A DNA stretch of 63,878 nucleotides, filler included, from Phoronis australis (GCA_002633005.1; 6 parts of 6 records of this genome joined end to end with filler, not necessarily neighbours in it), one strand, 5' to 3'; shown: positions 38,136 to 51,492, counted from the first letter of the whole stretch. A program made the numbers and translations. The notes: generated by a model from the sequence alone, not told the origin.

Positions 38136-38421
38136 TGACCCCCCCACGTTGCCGCTTGTTGACTGTACTGTGGTCGGTAGATCCGTGGACTAATAATCCT
38201 TACTTTTGTAGTGCAGATGAAATATTTGCAGATGGGTTATGAACTGTTTCAGAGAAAGAAAGAAATATTTTTTAAAAAATAATTAAGTTACGTTATTTAG
38301 ATTAGCTATACAATTTAACTATATTAGGTTTGATAGGGGCAACGCTGTCTTCTGGACCGTCACATTTCACAGATTTGTAGTAGGCAAAGGTCCTCTTGAA
38401 CGACTTTAGAGTTCGTTGACG

Positions 38422-38492
38422 TGCTGGTGGTGCAGTGGTCAAGTAGTGGCTTGTGTTCAAGAAGATTCCGGGATTGAAGTACGATCAGCTCT
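38422..38492 (+). mobile_element. Degenerate tRNA-derived SINE head
   Basis: A-box TGGTGCAGTGG and an eroded B-box GGATTGAAGTAC. Confidence 0.4.
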
Positions 38493-40950
38493 CTATTACT
38501 TCGCAAAATGCTTTATAATGGAGTAAAAACGGTGTTACCATAGCAGTAGTCGATGTGAAGGTACATGTATAAGGTGATTATGGAAAGTTATTGACGCCGA
38601 AATATTGACCGCTGGAAAGTTTATAACTTCATAATTTGCCCCAATCGTACAACAATATCAGCGTGGTATGTCAAGTGTCAAGAAGTGCTGTTTTCTTTGC
38701 CATCACATTTAGTGTGAACCATATGCTCATATTTCTTTTCACTATTTCAAAAATTGTTGTCATTGTTCAAATGTCATTTTTACCAATAAAAACGGCATGC
38801 CTCGAGGCCACGAAATTAAAATCTTTGATGAAGGATCGCTGATGAAAGTTCCGGTCTGTGTCTAAATGCTCAAAAATTCGACCACAATTTCAAAAATATA
38901 TCTCCACACTACCTATGTAAACAAACAAACTGTTCCATAATCAACTGTTTTTATTGCTCATAAGCTTTGACCAGAGCTTTGAAACAATAATATCCGTTGT
39001 GTTATAATTTTATGACAAATCACCCAATTCTCGCCGTTGTAGGCCAGACATTCACTGAAACCAAGACTGGTGTTTTTATCAGTAAAAATATTCTTAAAAT
39101 ATTCTGCCCTTCATTGATTGCGATTTAGTTCAGGCAGAAGATGAGGGCATGGCGGCTTTGGTAAAGGTACCCCCGGGCACATATGTTAAGCGCTGCCAAT
39201 TGTACGCTAGGGTGTACATGTTTATTTTGTATTTCACGTTTAGTCCAGAAGTACTATCTGTCAAATATACGTCTTGAATTTTTAAACGGAAATTCTGCCA
39301 ATGCTCTTGAATAACATTAATTGTTTTTTGAGCGCTGGTCCAAGTTAAAACCAGATGCCGCTGTAAAGCGCTCAGGATGTGTTTCATCATGGCGTTACGC
39401 AGCTGGGAGTTTTTAATCTGTGGTACAGCATACCTGTCATATACTCACTGCCATCTTTTGTTGTTCTCATCAATAGTTGTGTAGTCGTCGTCCACTCTTG
39501 GTCATTGTCATCATCATCGTCATCACCATCATCATCGTAATCTTCATCACCACAATCATCGTAACCACCGTCTTCACTTGGTTACACTGTTCCGATGTTT
39601 TAATGGAACATTTGTTTGAAATCACGGTCACGCAAAGACGTTCGACTGAACCCGTATGTAACACGAGTCATGAAGAATTTCTTGGACTTCGTGGGGGCCA
39701 TAAAATAATGTGACGAAACGGAGAAATTTTGGAGCATATATTTAGACACCGTAATGAGACTACGAGGCGTATTAGATAAGATCCTGCGCGAACACCACAC
39801 ATACGAACGTCAACGCTATCCTGGTTCCAGGCACGGCCAAACGTTGGCGTTGTTAGCGCCACGGCCAACATCGCATCTGCTTAAATGTGCGGTGCACACA
39901 GCGTTCGGTGATTCACAATTGAGCGAAAACAAGAAGCGCGGGTGACTTGAGACAGTTTACGAAAAAGATATGTGGAAGAATGAAAGTCAACAATGCAACT
40001 GAGATTGATAAACTGGACAGTGTGGTACAGATAATGATTGGAAGTTATCTTAGTCTGATCGGTGAGTTGTACGCATGATAATCGAAGACCTCATTAAGAA
40101 TTTTATGGCATTTTCAGGACTTGTATTCACGGTGTCCATTTGAGTAACCATTCAGTTAAAACTCTGATTTTGAGCTGTATTTGGAGTCATAACAGTATAG
40201 ATACCACTATCAGCATGACTATACATCCCGGTTTGTACGTCCTGTTAGTTTTTGACTTATGCAATTTGTTGCGTTTCCTAATAGAAAATAGTATTCGACA
40301 AATAAAACCAGGAACGTGGCTGCTAAAAGGTTGAACCTTTCAATCTTGATGAAGAACCCGGTATTCGCATTCTTAATAACTCTTCTCATATAGAAACATA
40401 TTTAGTGTCAAAGCTTATGAAGGTTGATTATTCCTAATTGTGCTCACAAATTGTTCTCACGGGACCTGAAAGTCGCAGGGATTGGGTTCTGAGAAATGTT
40501 TTCTAAACATACGTTTTTTCGTTTTTACCTAATTTACTCGCCAGCATTCTGACGTCATTACGAGTTCGTGATAGATTATAATGGATCGCAGGGAAAGGAA
40601 TAAAAAGCATAGTTATAATTAATTGGGTACATTTTATTGAAACTAGGGTATCTTGGTACATGCAAACACATATTGGAAACTAAAAGTATAGTTTGTTAAA
40701 AATCGACCCCAACAACCTTTCTTTGTTAATGGTGCTTTTTACTTTTAGCATAAACTTAATTTGTGGTCAAATAGAAAATGTGCATAATTTTATAGTCGGC
40801 TGTTTCCGAGACGAAATGAGAGTTGCGCCATGTAGAGCCTAGTAAAACTGTAGTAACTCATGTTACTGTGGTGTACCTTTAGATCTTAAAAAGATACTTC
40901 ACCATAACACAGTGTTGAGTTACGAAGATTGCACTTCCACAACTTTCTTC

Positions 40951-41423
40951 TAGGCCCTAGGTTCTGATCGTTTTACTCGAAACTGAAGTGGAAAATAATT
41001 TCGGCATTTCCCGTTGTACTTGAGTACGAACTTAAAATAGTTGTCTACAAGTCTGTGCCCGAGTTTGTAATGGTTTACGAGGATGATTGTGTAATCCCAT
41101 TTCTCTCTTGATAACTCAAACAGTAAAGCTCTAAACATGAAATTTTTGGTTTCTACATGAGTTTGTAGTTCTAATATTGGCGTCATCTAGTGAAACTTGG
41201 TTTAGTTTTTCGCCTGCGTGAACCTTATACATGTACCTTTGGGTTTTACTAGAAATTTCGAATTTCAACTCGAGTTTGTACTCAAATATTGAGGTCATCA
41301 AGTACAAACTTGATATGCTCGAGCATAAAGTAGTAGACAGTTATCTAGAGTTTATATTACAGAAGAACGGGTAACGCCAAAAACTTTTCGATTTCGAATA
41401 AATAGATTAGAGCCCGGACCCTA
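40951..41423. mobile_element. MITE with imperfect TAGG...CCTA TIRs
   Basis: TAGGCCCTAGGTTCTGATCGTTTTACTCGAAA versus TTTCGAATAAATAGATTAGAGCCCGGACCCTA. Confidence 0.55.
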
Positions 41424-42563
41424 ATATAGGCTAAAGAAACATTTCCTCCTTACTCGCTGTCTAAAACGCAAATTATAAGCCAGGTTACTTAACTACACAA
41501 AATCTGTCTCCGGCCTTTCCATGGCATGCTAGGAAATGATTTCCACCATTAAGCAGAATGTTCAGCTCATAGGTATCTGCTTATATGCCATGATTTGTGA
41601 GGGGCTGGCCAACTCTTTCAAGATTTATGCATAACTACTTTATATCAATCAAAGGTTTCACGACAAGGAAATTTATTGGCAAGTTTGTTGCACCACCTTC
41701 TTTTAAGATTTTACTGTTCAGGGTAAATTGGAAGGAGGTGTCCTTTTGTTGGCTTTATGTTTGAATTTTGCCCGTTAAAATAGAAGACATTTTAGAGAAG
41801 ACATGCAAAACTGCCCGTCTACTTTTTCGAGTTTTCATTTACAGAAATAAGAGAGACGTGACATTGCAGACGTAGACACGAGAAAAAAAACTTATGACGC
41901 TTATGAGTTTGGAAATAACAACTTTTTATAAAGTGGCATCTGTATGCAAAAGCTAAGGTTATATCATCAATCTGAAAATATAAAAAATATACCAAAGCCG
42001 GTTTTGGCATGTTCGCAAATATTAACAATGTCTTTCCCCATTCTACCCTTAAAGCAAATTAATGCTCTGCAACCCATTTCAAACCTCAAAAGATTGGAAC
42101 AAATTTGAAAACTTCTTACAAAGTGTGCTTAACCGGCAAGCGTGAACTACGACAGCTATGAGCTTACGGAGCACCTCGGGTGTTTCTGTAGCCCTTGGAG
42201 GTTTCATATCTGCGCATGTGCAAAATTGAATCGTTACAGCAAAAGAGATTTGTTTAAGAGACGACTAAAATTGTGGATTCAGCCTAGCAGGTCTGAAAAG
42301 TCGTACGCGACGATCATTCTCAATCCTTAGTTTGCTTCTGATCTACTGGTAAATCCCGGCTCATTCGACGGCATGCTCCATTTTGAGTGTCACATGATTT
42401 GCTGCACGGAATGACGGTCACACATGCGCAGACATGAAACACCTTTCAGGGATAATTTGAGGCTACGAAAATACCAGAGTTGTTCCGGATGCCCTGTGAT
42501 AATTCATGTATGCGCAGATGCAGCAAGTCATGTCAAAAGAGAATATCGTCGAAGGTGCCGTCT

Positions 42564-42884
42564 CAGGGGCGTATCCAGGATTTTGAGTTAGGGGGGGCAG
42601 GATCCAGGAATAACCAGAATTTCGGCAGATTCGCACGTCCAGCCTAAAATGTAGGGATGCAAGGATCTCGAATTTTTGGGTTTGCGGACCTTTTGACTAA
42701 AAAAAACGGTAAACGGGGTTTGTTCAGGGCCTATGCACTATGCATTGTTTATTCACCTCCCGAGCCCCCCTGGTTGCGAGAAGGTGCTAGTCGGCATTTC
42801 TCACCCGAACTCCCAAATGGTATCTGGTAGAATTTTAGTGGGGGCCATGGCCCCCTTGCCCCCCCTCCCCCAAATCCGCCACTG
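42564..42884. mobile_element. hAT-like MITE (CAG...CTG) with a 5-bp flanking direct repeat
   Basis: CAGGGGCGTATCC / AAATCCGCCACTG ends with G/C-rich subtermini; CGTCT on both flanks. Confidence 0.75.
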
Positions 42885-43750
42885 CGTCTGTGGACGCAAC
42901 ACAGCTGGAGTCAGACTAAGGTTTGGGAACGAAGCCATGCCTTTGCACCTGCTTGGAAATCTTTTCCATCGGGTTGCTCGCATGAAGTATGTGAGGCTGT
43001 GCACCACCGACACTAGAGAAGTCTGTCTCCATTGACAAGAGTTTTTATTGGGTTTAGACCTGCTTTCCCCCCAAAAAATGTGAACGTGCTCTTCGGTGTT
43101 TTTTCAGAGCAAGCAAACACGGTTATAGTTAAATTCAGGTTTTTGAGCTACGACGGAGGGCTGTCTATAACTTTCCGTCGGCTTCTACTGAATTTAAAAG
43201 GACGGAAATGCACATACGTGCACACGAATGCATGTCAATCCACCAATCAACTCTCGAATTGGACACTATATGACGAAAAACATACCAGTATTTTACAAAC
43301 ATTTTCAATTCCAAATTTGGAAACGCCTGCCCTTTACAGTACTGTGCTAGCAAGCAATATCAGATAACAAACCTATTTTCTGCTGTTTTGCTTCATGGTC
43401 GATTTTAAGGCGTTCACACCGCAATGTGACTTTTGGGAGCTATCTCGCTGCTATACAGCTTAGCTAGGTATAGGCATTTACTTCTAGACTACCTTGTTTC
43501 CTTACGGTGTAACCACCACGCGTGTTCAATGCCGATGAGTAACATAAAGCCTACTCTAATCGTCTGCACGATCCTGTCATCTACGCAAGTAACACTCGGG
43601 CGAAGTGGGCCGGGTACCGCACGGCTCGATGATAACGTGAAGCGTTTTGAATCAGAAGCAAATTCAAAATTATTACTAGCTTAGTTAACAATTGTACTTA
43701 GTAGCTGCCTCAATTTTGTTGTTGTTCATCTGTATCATAACTTTAACGGA

Positions 43751-43826
43751 TAGGCTGGGGCTGGACATTTTACGCGGGGGGGTTCGTTCGAACCCCTCGA
43801 ACCCCCCCCCCCTGGCTACGGGCCTG
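43751..43826. mobile_element. Short hAT-like MITE fragment
   Basis: GGGGGGTTCGTTCGAACCCC...CCCCTGGCTACGGGCCTG end. Confidence 0.5.
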
Positions 43827-44010
43827 AATTAACTGCCAATGTTTTCGTAGCCAGACCGCTTACTTCAAAGGCCACCCATGAGCAGGGTAAGAGGCCTACC
43901 GGTAATCAATTTATGGCAGAGAGCAGACGTGTTATGGCATCCGTTTTCGTTAAAAGCGACTAGGATGGTGAAGAAGCAAAGTTACTGTTGGTGAAAATCA
44001 CCCTTCAACG

Positions 44011-44643
44011 TAGACAGTGATCATCGTCGCTAACTGGCCCAGCAGAGACGGTAGAGTTCCCATAGGAGCTTCATACGCCGGAAACATTTCACATGGGCGG
44101 TGCAGCGCTGAAAAATGTGGGGGATAAAGCCCCTCCAGCCCCCTATGGTGCCTCAAACTGACTTAAACGACAAAATCACGTTGTTTTAAATACTTTTTGC
44201 GCATAGAGGGACACCTTAGGAGACCGTCGATGTATTTATTCCTTCCGACTCGAAGAAATACTTACGTTATCAAACTTTTTCTTCGAGTAGTCCCTCGTTC
44301 AGTTCCCAAAATTGGTAACTCGCCATTTTTTTCACTGCGCACGCCAGGGGATATGACGTCATAGCACCTGCCGCGCGCAGTGTTAAAATTGGCGAAATAC
44401 CGATTTTGGGAACTGAACGAGAGATTTCCCAAAGAAAAAGTTTGATAACGGAAGTATTTCTTCGATTTGGAAGGAATTAAATTCATCGACGGCCTCTTAA
44501 TGTGTCCCTCGATCTATGCGCAAATGGTATTTGTAACAACGTGACTTTGATGTTTTAGTCAGCGCAAAGCTTCCGGCGCATGAAGCTCCTGTTGGAGCTC
44601 CACCGTCTCTAATGTGCCAGCCAGAGACGATGATCACTGTCTA
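44011..44643. mobile_element. Palindromic (foldback) MITE, AcademH-type
   Basis: Arms of about 280 bp are inverted around a central ATGACGTCAT; TAG...CTA termini; perfect 9-bp TSD CCTTCAACG; about 65-bp insert in the left arm. Confidence 0.9.
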
Positions 44644-45457
44644 CCTTCAACGTACAGTTCGTCTTGCTCAAACACAAGTGTTTTCGCTTGTGTTTTAGCC
44701 AGTGAAACTTAGCGTTTTGCCACTCATATTTTAAGACTTTTTATGTCATCTCTATTCTGACGTCACATTTATCCAAAAGTTTTATTCCCCAAACTTCGGC
44801 TCAGTGGATAGCCGATGCTAGGGTGATCCGACGATAGCAATAATTTGAAGGCTTGTTTTTCTTTGTATTGTGGGCCAACTCGCAGTATGAATGTGACCCT
44901 AGCGTGAATCGTCTTGCTAAGTACAGGCTTACCACAAGAATCGTTGGTAGTTTAAATGCATTTCAAAATCGATGACCTCAGGTAGAAAAATGAGCTTGTG
45001 ATACAGCTCAAGGTCTTAGAAATAATATAACCGTAGCATTTTGACAATATAGTTGATATGCTTCAAAAATACAAACTTAAACGTCTTTTTCTCTCTCGTC
45101 TACTCTAGTCGACGGTTTCACCCACTATCTTGAATATTGGATTAGGTGAAGTAATCAAACCAATTCACTTGCGTTTGCCACATAACTGGACGGGAGAGTA
45201 ATGCCGTTTAAAGCATTATTTTTCGAAATGCATCTATTAGGCTGTCAAAAGATTACAATTATACCATTCCTGATATATTCATGATTATCACTCGTTTTTC
45301 TTAAGCTCGAATTTGGAGTGCGTTGTGCATGTAAAATGCAAGGTTGCCGCGATTTTANNNNNNNNNNNNNNNNNNNNNNNNNNNNNNNNNNNNNNNNNNN
45401 NTTAATTAATTAANNNNNNNNNNNNNNNNNNNNNNNNNNNNNNNNNNNNNNNNNNNN

Positions 45458-45804
45458 ACGCTAAACTCAGAAATCAAACTTATCACCTTATGAACATTTT
45501 CTTGAGTTAAGAAAGGGGGATCTATACATTTGATGATATCGTGACTGTGCGAGATTTCCCTAGAGTGAACTTTTATAGAAATTTCTGCCCTAGTAAAATT
45601 GGCACCGAATTTACACATAGGTAATTTATCCACATCTACTAATAAAACCAGCTGCAGCAGACTGTCTTCATTCTTGGTGATGATCCATCCGTTAGGAAGC
45701 TCTCCGTGTTTATCTGTAAAAACAGTTGTAAGAAATCTTTGGTGTCCAGTCCTGATATCTACATTTCTCAAATCGACATTTTGCTGATATATTATTTACG
45801 TTTT
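45458..45804 (-). pseudogene. Large exon of an unknown gene, possibly a transposase N-terminus, running into a gap; frameshift near its start
   Basis: Acceptor ctgtag| at about 45805; ORF ...GELPNGWIITK...ISIKVHSREISHSH...VHKVISLISEF. Confidence 0.45.
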
Positions 45805-45868
45805 CTACAGTCAACCACTTTCGAGTGTTTCAGTGACAATAATGATTATAATAAACACATTGACCTAC

Positions 45869-46006
45869 CTGAGAACACTGTGCCCTTTGTATTTTCCAAA
45901 TCAGAGTTGACCACAGTGTTGTTGTCACCACCACGACTTTTCCCGCTGCAACTGGGCTCATTTAAAGGAATGTCAAGATATCCATAACCATCACTTTCAC
46001 TGGAGG
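45869..46006 (-). CDS. Phase 1-1 exon (SSESDGYGYLDIPLNEPSCSGKSRGGDNNTVVNSDLENTKGTVFS)
   Basis: ttgtag|...cag|gtaggt, 138 bp, open frame; paralogous to 46409-46549. Confidence 0.65.
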
Positions 46007-46408
46007 CTACAAAAATATTTCAGTGACATCTGAATGGAAAAAGTTATGGTTACACAACACAGCTGATANTAATTTAACTACTGCTTTTAGTACATTTTAA
46101 AAACTGGTGCCCTGTACTATTCACTAACACTGTAAATGCATGGTAATAACTGCGCTGTCAAGATAACAATAAAACTAAGATTCTGAAGCAGGTAACACAT
46201 TCATAATAAGTGTAACCTGGCTAAGAAGTAGTTGAATCAGCCACATTTTTCTAGTGTCCTTAATCACTACAAAGAATGTACGAAAAGACACTAGAGATAT
46301 GTAGACGATTCAGCTTCAAGGTCGTGCTCAATAAAATGTGCATTTAACAAAGGCCTACTACCAACAGAAACCATCTACAAGATGGGTTCAGCATGTGTTC
46401 CCCTTTAC

Positions 46409-46549
46409 CTGAAAATTCTGCTTCTGTGTTGTCCAAGCCAGAGCTGACCACAGTATCGTCAAGGGCAGAGTGATCTTCAGTAAAACTGGAATCATTCAAA
46501 AGAACACTGAGAGGTACATCATCGTCATCATCATCACTTTCACTTGAGC
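46409..46549 (-). CDS. Phase 1-1 acidic exon (SSESDDDDDDVPLSVLLNDSSFTEDHSALDDTVVSSGLDNTEAEFS)
   Basis: ttttag|...cag|gtaaag, 141 bp, open frame. Confidence 0.65.
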
Positions 46550-46791
46550 CTAAAAAATAGTTGACAAACACCGGAATTGATAACCACCTTTTACGTTACA
46601 CAATTCATGAAACCTTTATTGTCAAAGCATACAAACAGAGTTGAATGGGGGCAGTAACATTATATCCATTGGGAGGTGACTTGCCTGGGGTCCCCTAAAT
46701 TGGCCCACAACTCAAAACTAACATCCAGCATAGAGCAGGAGTAAGGCTTGATTTTACTCAAGAACAGATCTCGAAATGCATTTTGCTTTAC

Positions 46792-46875
46792 CTGGAAATG
46801 CAGTGGCATCAACATTTTCAGTGCTGGAGCTGTCCAGGTCATCATTCGTATTACTTGGCTGGATGTTTCTGGAAG
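46792..46875 (-). CDS. Phase 1-1 exon (SRNIQPSNTNDDLDSSSTENVDATAFP)
   Basis: ttgtag|...cag|gtaaag, 84 bp, open frame. Confidence 0.6.
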
Positions 46876-47139
46876 CTACAAGGAAAGAGACACACTGCAT
46901 TGTTGCTAAAAATACTTGTTAATACTTAATAATTGTACGTCAAAGTGTGAATATTTATAGTTAGCTTCTCACTTACAGCAAACACAATGCATATTAAAAA
47001 TGTAACGAAAAAGTAAATTTATTATTTTATCCACTCTACTCTGCTTGGTCAGCCTACTTATGTGCCTGAATGGATTTTTTTTCATCACAGTAGCTCAAAA
47101 ATTGACTTACGAAGGTCTTATTCTATGTTCAAATAGTAC

Positions 47140-47212
47140 CTCTAAGTTTGTCTTGCTTCCTCCGGCTGTTCTTTCGACGAATACCAATCCGCTTATTACG
47201 TGGAACCCTCAT
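47140..47212 (-). CDS. Putative first coding exon, basic and NLS-like (MRVPRNKRIGIRRKNSRRKQDKLR)
   Basis: ttttag|ATG; the phase-1 donor gag|gtacta fits the next exon; an alternative gtaagt donor lies at 47110. Confidence 0.45.
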
Positions 47213-49753
47213 CTAAAACAGGAAATGAACAGTAAAATTCCAACACTGAGCAAAATGTCAGGTCAGTCATTACAAGTAAAACCAAGTAAGGGTTTCACCA
47301 CATACTATCACTCTCTTATTCAGCTCAAAACTAAAGCTGCCACGAGTAAAATGTTGACGTTTTAGAGGAAAAATCAAGTTTTTCCTCAGGACATTTTTAT
47401 CACTTTTTACACTTGAAAATCAGGAAATGTATGAATTTTAAAACTTTAAGTAGTGCACAGTCTCTTACAGGCCATTACAGTCTCTCCCAATAACCCAAAT
47501 CCAACAGAAACCAGAACATTCGTTGAGAAAATATTCATGTACAAAATGGCAAAAATTCCCATTTTGGACCAATTTAAGGACACTAAAGTAATTTTCAAAA
47601 CTTTCACATTCACAACATTCCAATTTTAATTAATATAAAACCACCAAGACCCTTATCAGTACTTAATAATACTAAATCAGTTTTTAAAAAAATTAAAACT
47701 TCTTGAAGCCGACATTCCAGGTTTGAGAAATTTTGTGCAAAATATGCTTGAAATTCATAGTTTTAGCCAAAGTTTTGACATATTTTGAATTTTGCAAAGA
47801 TTTGTCACAGTCTCCATATCAAAATGAAGGAGATAACCACCTTGACTACACAATCAGTACATAGCAAGGGTAGGTATTTGTCATAATAAGAAGAATACAC
47901 ACGATACTGATATCCCAACTTGGTGAATTATGGTGCAAAAAACAGAAAATATGCCAAGTGCGAGATCTACTATGGCAAAACAAGGAAATCTGCCATTTGT
48001 AACATGTCCTTTTAAGAATTATTTGAGGAATTAATTTATACAAATATTACAATATGAAGTACAAATATGACAAGAGGTGTAAACGAACAGAAATTTCTGT
48101 ACTTGAACAGCTTTGTGTATTATAAACACCTGGAAACATGCTATGAATGGTCAGCCAGTATTGCTAAATACGATTCAGAAGAGGTGGACTAGGAACTAAA
48201 ACATAAGTTTGATCGACTGGGTTTACAAATTGAAATCAGCACTGTGTTGGCATGTGGACATACATAAAACCGATATGCTTAAACACGCAAAAACATTTAC
48301 ATTGCCCATAAATGGTAAAAAATAATACCAAAACTTGGCGAGGAACCACGTCTCAGCTGCCGGCCATGTCAACATAAAATTTACGCGGAAGGCATTTTCA
48401 AGTCAGTTGTTTTTAAATTAGTGCATAAAAATATCATTTCTCTGCAAACCATGCATTGTTCGATGTCTTTTAAAACATATTCCATGCCCAAAAGACAACT
48501 CATTTCATTGCCTCAAGCATTTTTATTTTCATTTGAAACGGTGGATCAAAACACGACGCAACCACCGACCCAGAGACTGGCAAAACATGAACTCGTGTCC
48601 GATTTAGATCACAAATTTTACAAAAACTGAAGCAAATACTAGAATAAAAACTACTTACGATGGCAAACTACAACCAGCAACGCCGAACAACCTGTACGCC
48701 AAGAAGCACTGTTCATCGGACAGCAAGTAATTACTAATATAATAAAGCCGACTTCACCAACTCCCTTACTCCTCAGAAATCCAACATGGCGGAACCGCAA
48801 CGCAGCTGGGATTGCTGTGAGCAGGCCCTGCCTTTGATCTTGCCGCCAGTTTCCAATCTGTTGTTTAGTCTATCTGAGGTTAAGGCTAGGAGCTGCTCTC
48901 TGACTAGTTGGCGGATGAAATGTTTATCTATTGAAGTATTCAAAAATGTTCATATTATTTGACCCTGTCCTTTCGGGAAAGCTTGAATTTAGAGAGTCTG
49001 GATACGGTCTCAGAGGTGAAAACTGTCTCTATGTGAAACGCTTTAATACGATGACTTACGGATGTAACTCAATCTCCCATAAAGGTACTTTGCTGTGAAA
49101 CTCATTGCAATCAGTAATGAGACAATGTACCGCCTTAAATGAATTTGCCACTCTTGCTCATGACTTTTTCTCTGAGATCTGCTCTTGTGAAAACTGCTAT
49201 GGATGCCTACACGCTCCACAACATGTAGCGGGGAGGGAATATGTGCAGATTTGCAAAAATTGGGCACTTTGTGACAAGTTTTTGCAATTTGGTACGCTGT
49301 TNNNNNNNNNNNNNNNNNNNNNNNNNNNNNNNNNNNNNNNNNNNNNNNNNNNNNNNNNNNNNNNNNNNNNNNNNNNNNNNNNNNNNNNNNNNNNNNNNNN
49401 NNNNNNNNNNNNNNNNNNNNNNNNNNNNNNNNNNNNNNNNNNNNNNNNNNNNNNNNNNNNNNNNNNNNNNNNNNNNNNNNNNNNNNNNNNNNNNNNNNNN
49501 NNNNNNNNNNNNNNNNNNNNNNNNNNNNNNNNNNNNNNNNNNNNNNNNNNNNNNNNNNNNNNNNNNNNNNNNNNNNNNNNNNNNNNNNNNNNNNNNNNNN
49601 NNNNNNNNNNNNNNNNNNNNNNNNNNNNNNNNNNNNNNNNNNNNNNNNNNNNNNNNNNNNNNNNNNNNNNNNNNNNNNNNNNNNNNNNNNNNNNNNNNNN
49701 NNCATACTAACTTATAAAACAACTAGATATTGAGAAAGATGAAATGCCAGGTT

Positions 49754-51350
49754 TAAGAGTCGTTGCTGGTGCAGGCACTTTCACATTTGCACACTGTGGT
49801 ACACCGGCCAAATCCAGCTCGGTGGCACTTACAATTGCCTTTGCAGGCAAGAACACAGCTACAAGTAGCGAACACAACTGGCTTACATCTTCCAGATCTG
49901 ACCAATATGGCACTCATTTTGTAGCTCTAGCATATATTCCATTTCCAACCCCATAGACATGGTTTGGTATCTGGGGTTTTATTGACAAGAAACTGTTTCC
50001 AAACAAACCTGCAGTGAGCAGGGAACGCTTACCATGTTGGAATGAAGCATGCTGTGTTGGTGGTAGTTATTCAGGAGTCTTGAGTCCATGGGTGAACAGA
50101 AGCTTTCATGCGTCATTCACAGGGTGTGTCCCTCAGTTTTTACTGTATTTTAGTACTATTTAGCGTTCAAGGTGTCGTAAAAGAATCGAGTCAAGTGTGA
50201 GGGTAGTTGGGTCAATAAAAGTATTTGTTACCTCGAGGAAAGCAGCAGATCCCAGCTTGTCAATATTCTTTTTCAAATCAGTGGGTGGTCTGTTGGCGAA
50301 AGTAAACAAGTTGGTCCTTGGGTTATGTCATACATTGGTTTGGTAACAATTTCTGTGAATTTGGTTTGACCAATGTTCGGATGTTCCCTAAGGCAGTTGA
50401 TGATCTCGGGATCTCACCAGTGTCCAAGGTAATAAGATCTGAGCAAGTCTCCTTGAACGGATTGACAACTCAACCCTCCTTCACAAGGTCGCAGAGAGCT
50501 TTGAGGTCCTTCAAAAACTTTGTTTGTTCAGCAATAGAAGACTCAGGATGCTTCGGATTGTCATTGTTTTTTGATGTTGAGAAGCATGCATCCTCAAACT
50601 CATCAATAAACCTCAACACTTCTGACCTTAAGAGCTCAATCATTACTCGTCTTCTTGTAGAGTCCCTTTGCACCACTGTCCTCCTTCAAGAACTTCATAC
50701 TGTGCTCTTGGCTCAGGTCACAGAAAACTTCTAGTCACTACATTGAACAACAAATTTCCCTTCCATGAAATCTTCGTCCACTGAAGGGTGGGTCTGTGGA
50801 AGTTGTACCATGGCTCTCAAGAAAAAAAGGCCTCCAGCTTAATTCGAATGTCCAAATGCAAAAAAAACATGGACACAATTCTTCACATGGGCTTTCAAAG
50901 TCAATGGCCAATTGCCCAGTCTCTGACCTCGAATGAAGCGACAGTTAATTAGCAGGTAGTCTCTTACAATTTTCCAGTAACAAACTGTTGGAGCATTGCA
51001 GACTCGTTTTTCCCAAATGTCAAAGCTTTCGTGAGGTCCAGACTTTTCATGACAGTACTCATCATNCATATGCCTGTTTCTTTAACTCATTAAGCCAGAG
51101 TGAGTTGGTATGCACATCTGGTACGCTTGACATACTTTCCACCCAGAGGAGATGGTGCAACACCAGGAGTGAAGACATTGTCTAGGGAGAACATGTGGTC
51201 CCATCCAGATCCGTCCAACAGTTTACCTCCACTCTCTTGAGATGCTATTTCGATGTGGAGCATTCCCGTGAAGCATAGGTCTACCATTTTTGATTCACCG
51301 ACCTCATCTGGGTACCGCCATTGCATTTTTTTCTTCTGAGCATTATATGC
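49754..51350 (-). pseudogene. Second AcademX transposase remnant
   Basis: GMLHIEIA...GKLLDGSGW...VKRTRCAYQLT, RFIRGQRLGNW...FFAFGHSN, HPESSIAEQTKFLKDL and terminal WGW...PYWSDL...CSCVLACKGNCKCHRAG..CTTVCKC. Confidence 0.88.
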
Positions 51351-51359
51351 AGCGTCGCT

Positions 51360-51492
51360 GCGTCGTTTACTCACCTTCCTCACAGGTTAACGCGACACCT
51401 CTCGGCGAGCTAAGACCGACCTATCAAGGTGATGTGGATATAGACCGATTAAGACGGTAAAAAAGACTAATTAAATCGGGTGGCATTCTCCT
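51360..51492. mobile_element. Terminal fragment of the same Kolobok family as 34985-36694
   Basis: About 130 bp closely similar to 36561-36694, ending GTGGCATTCTCCT|TTAA. Confidence 0.9.

Larger units (their letters stand above)
33189..38195 (-). mobile_element. Sola3-like element copy 2 (about 5 kb, with coding remnant and nested Kolobok)
   Basis: The left about 800 bp is homologous to 28043-28890 and follows a TTAA; the right TIR at 38136-38195 matches 29140-29200; the interior is homologous to 54911-56445. Confidence 0.8.

Noticed and set aside
49043-49722. Long ORFs spanning the N gap (also 55581-55941)
   Set aside because: Artefacts of translating Ns.
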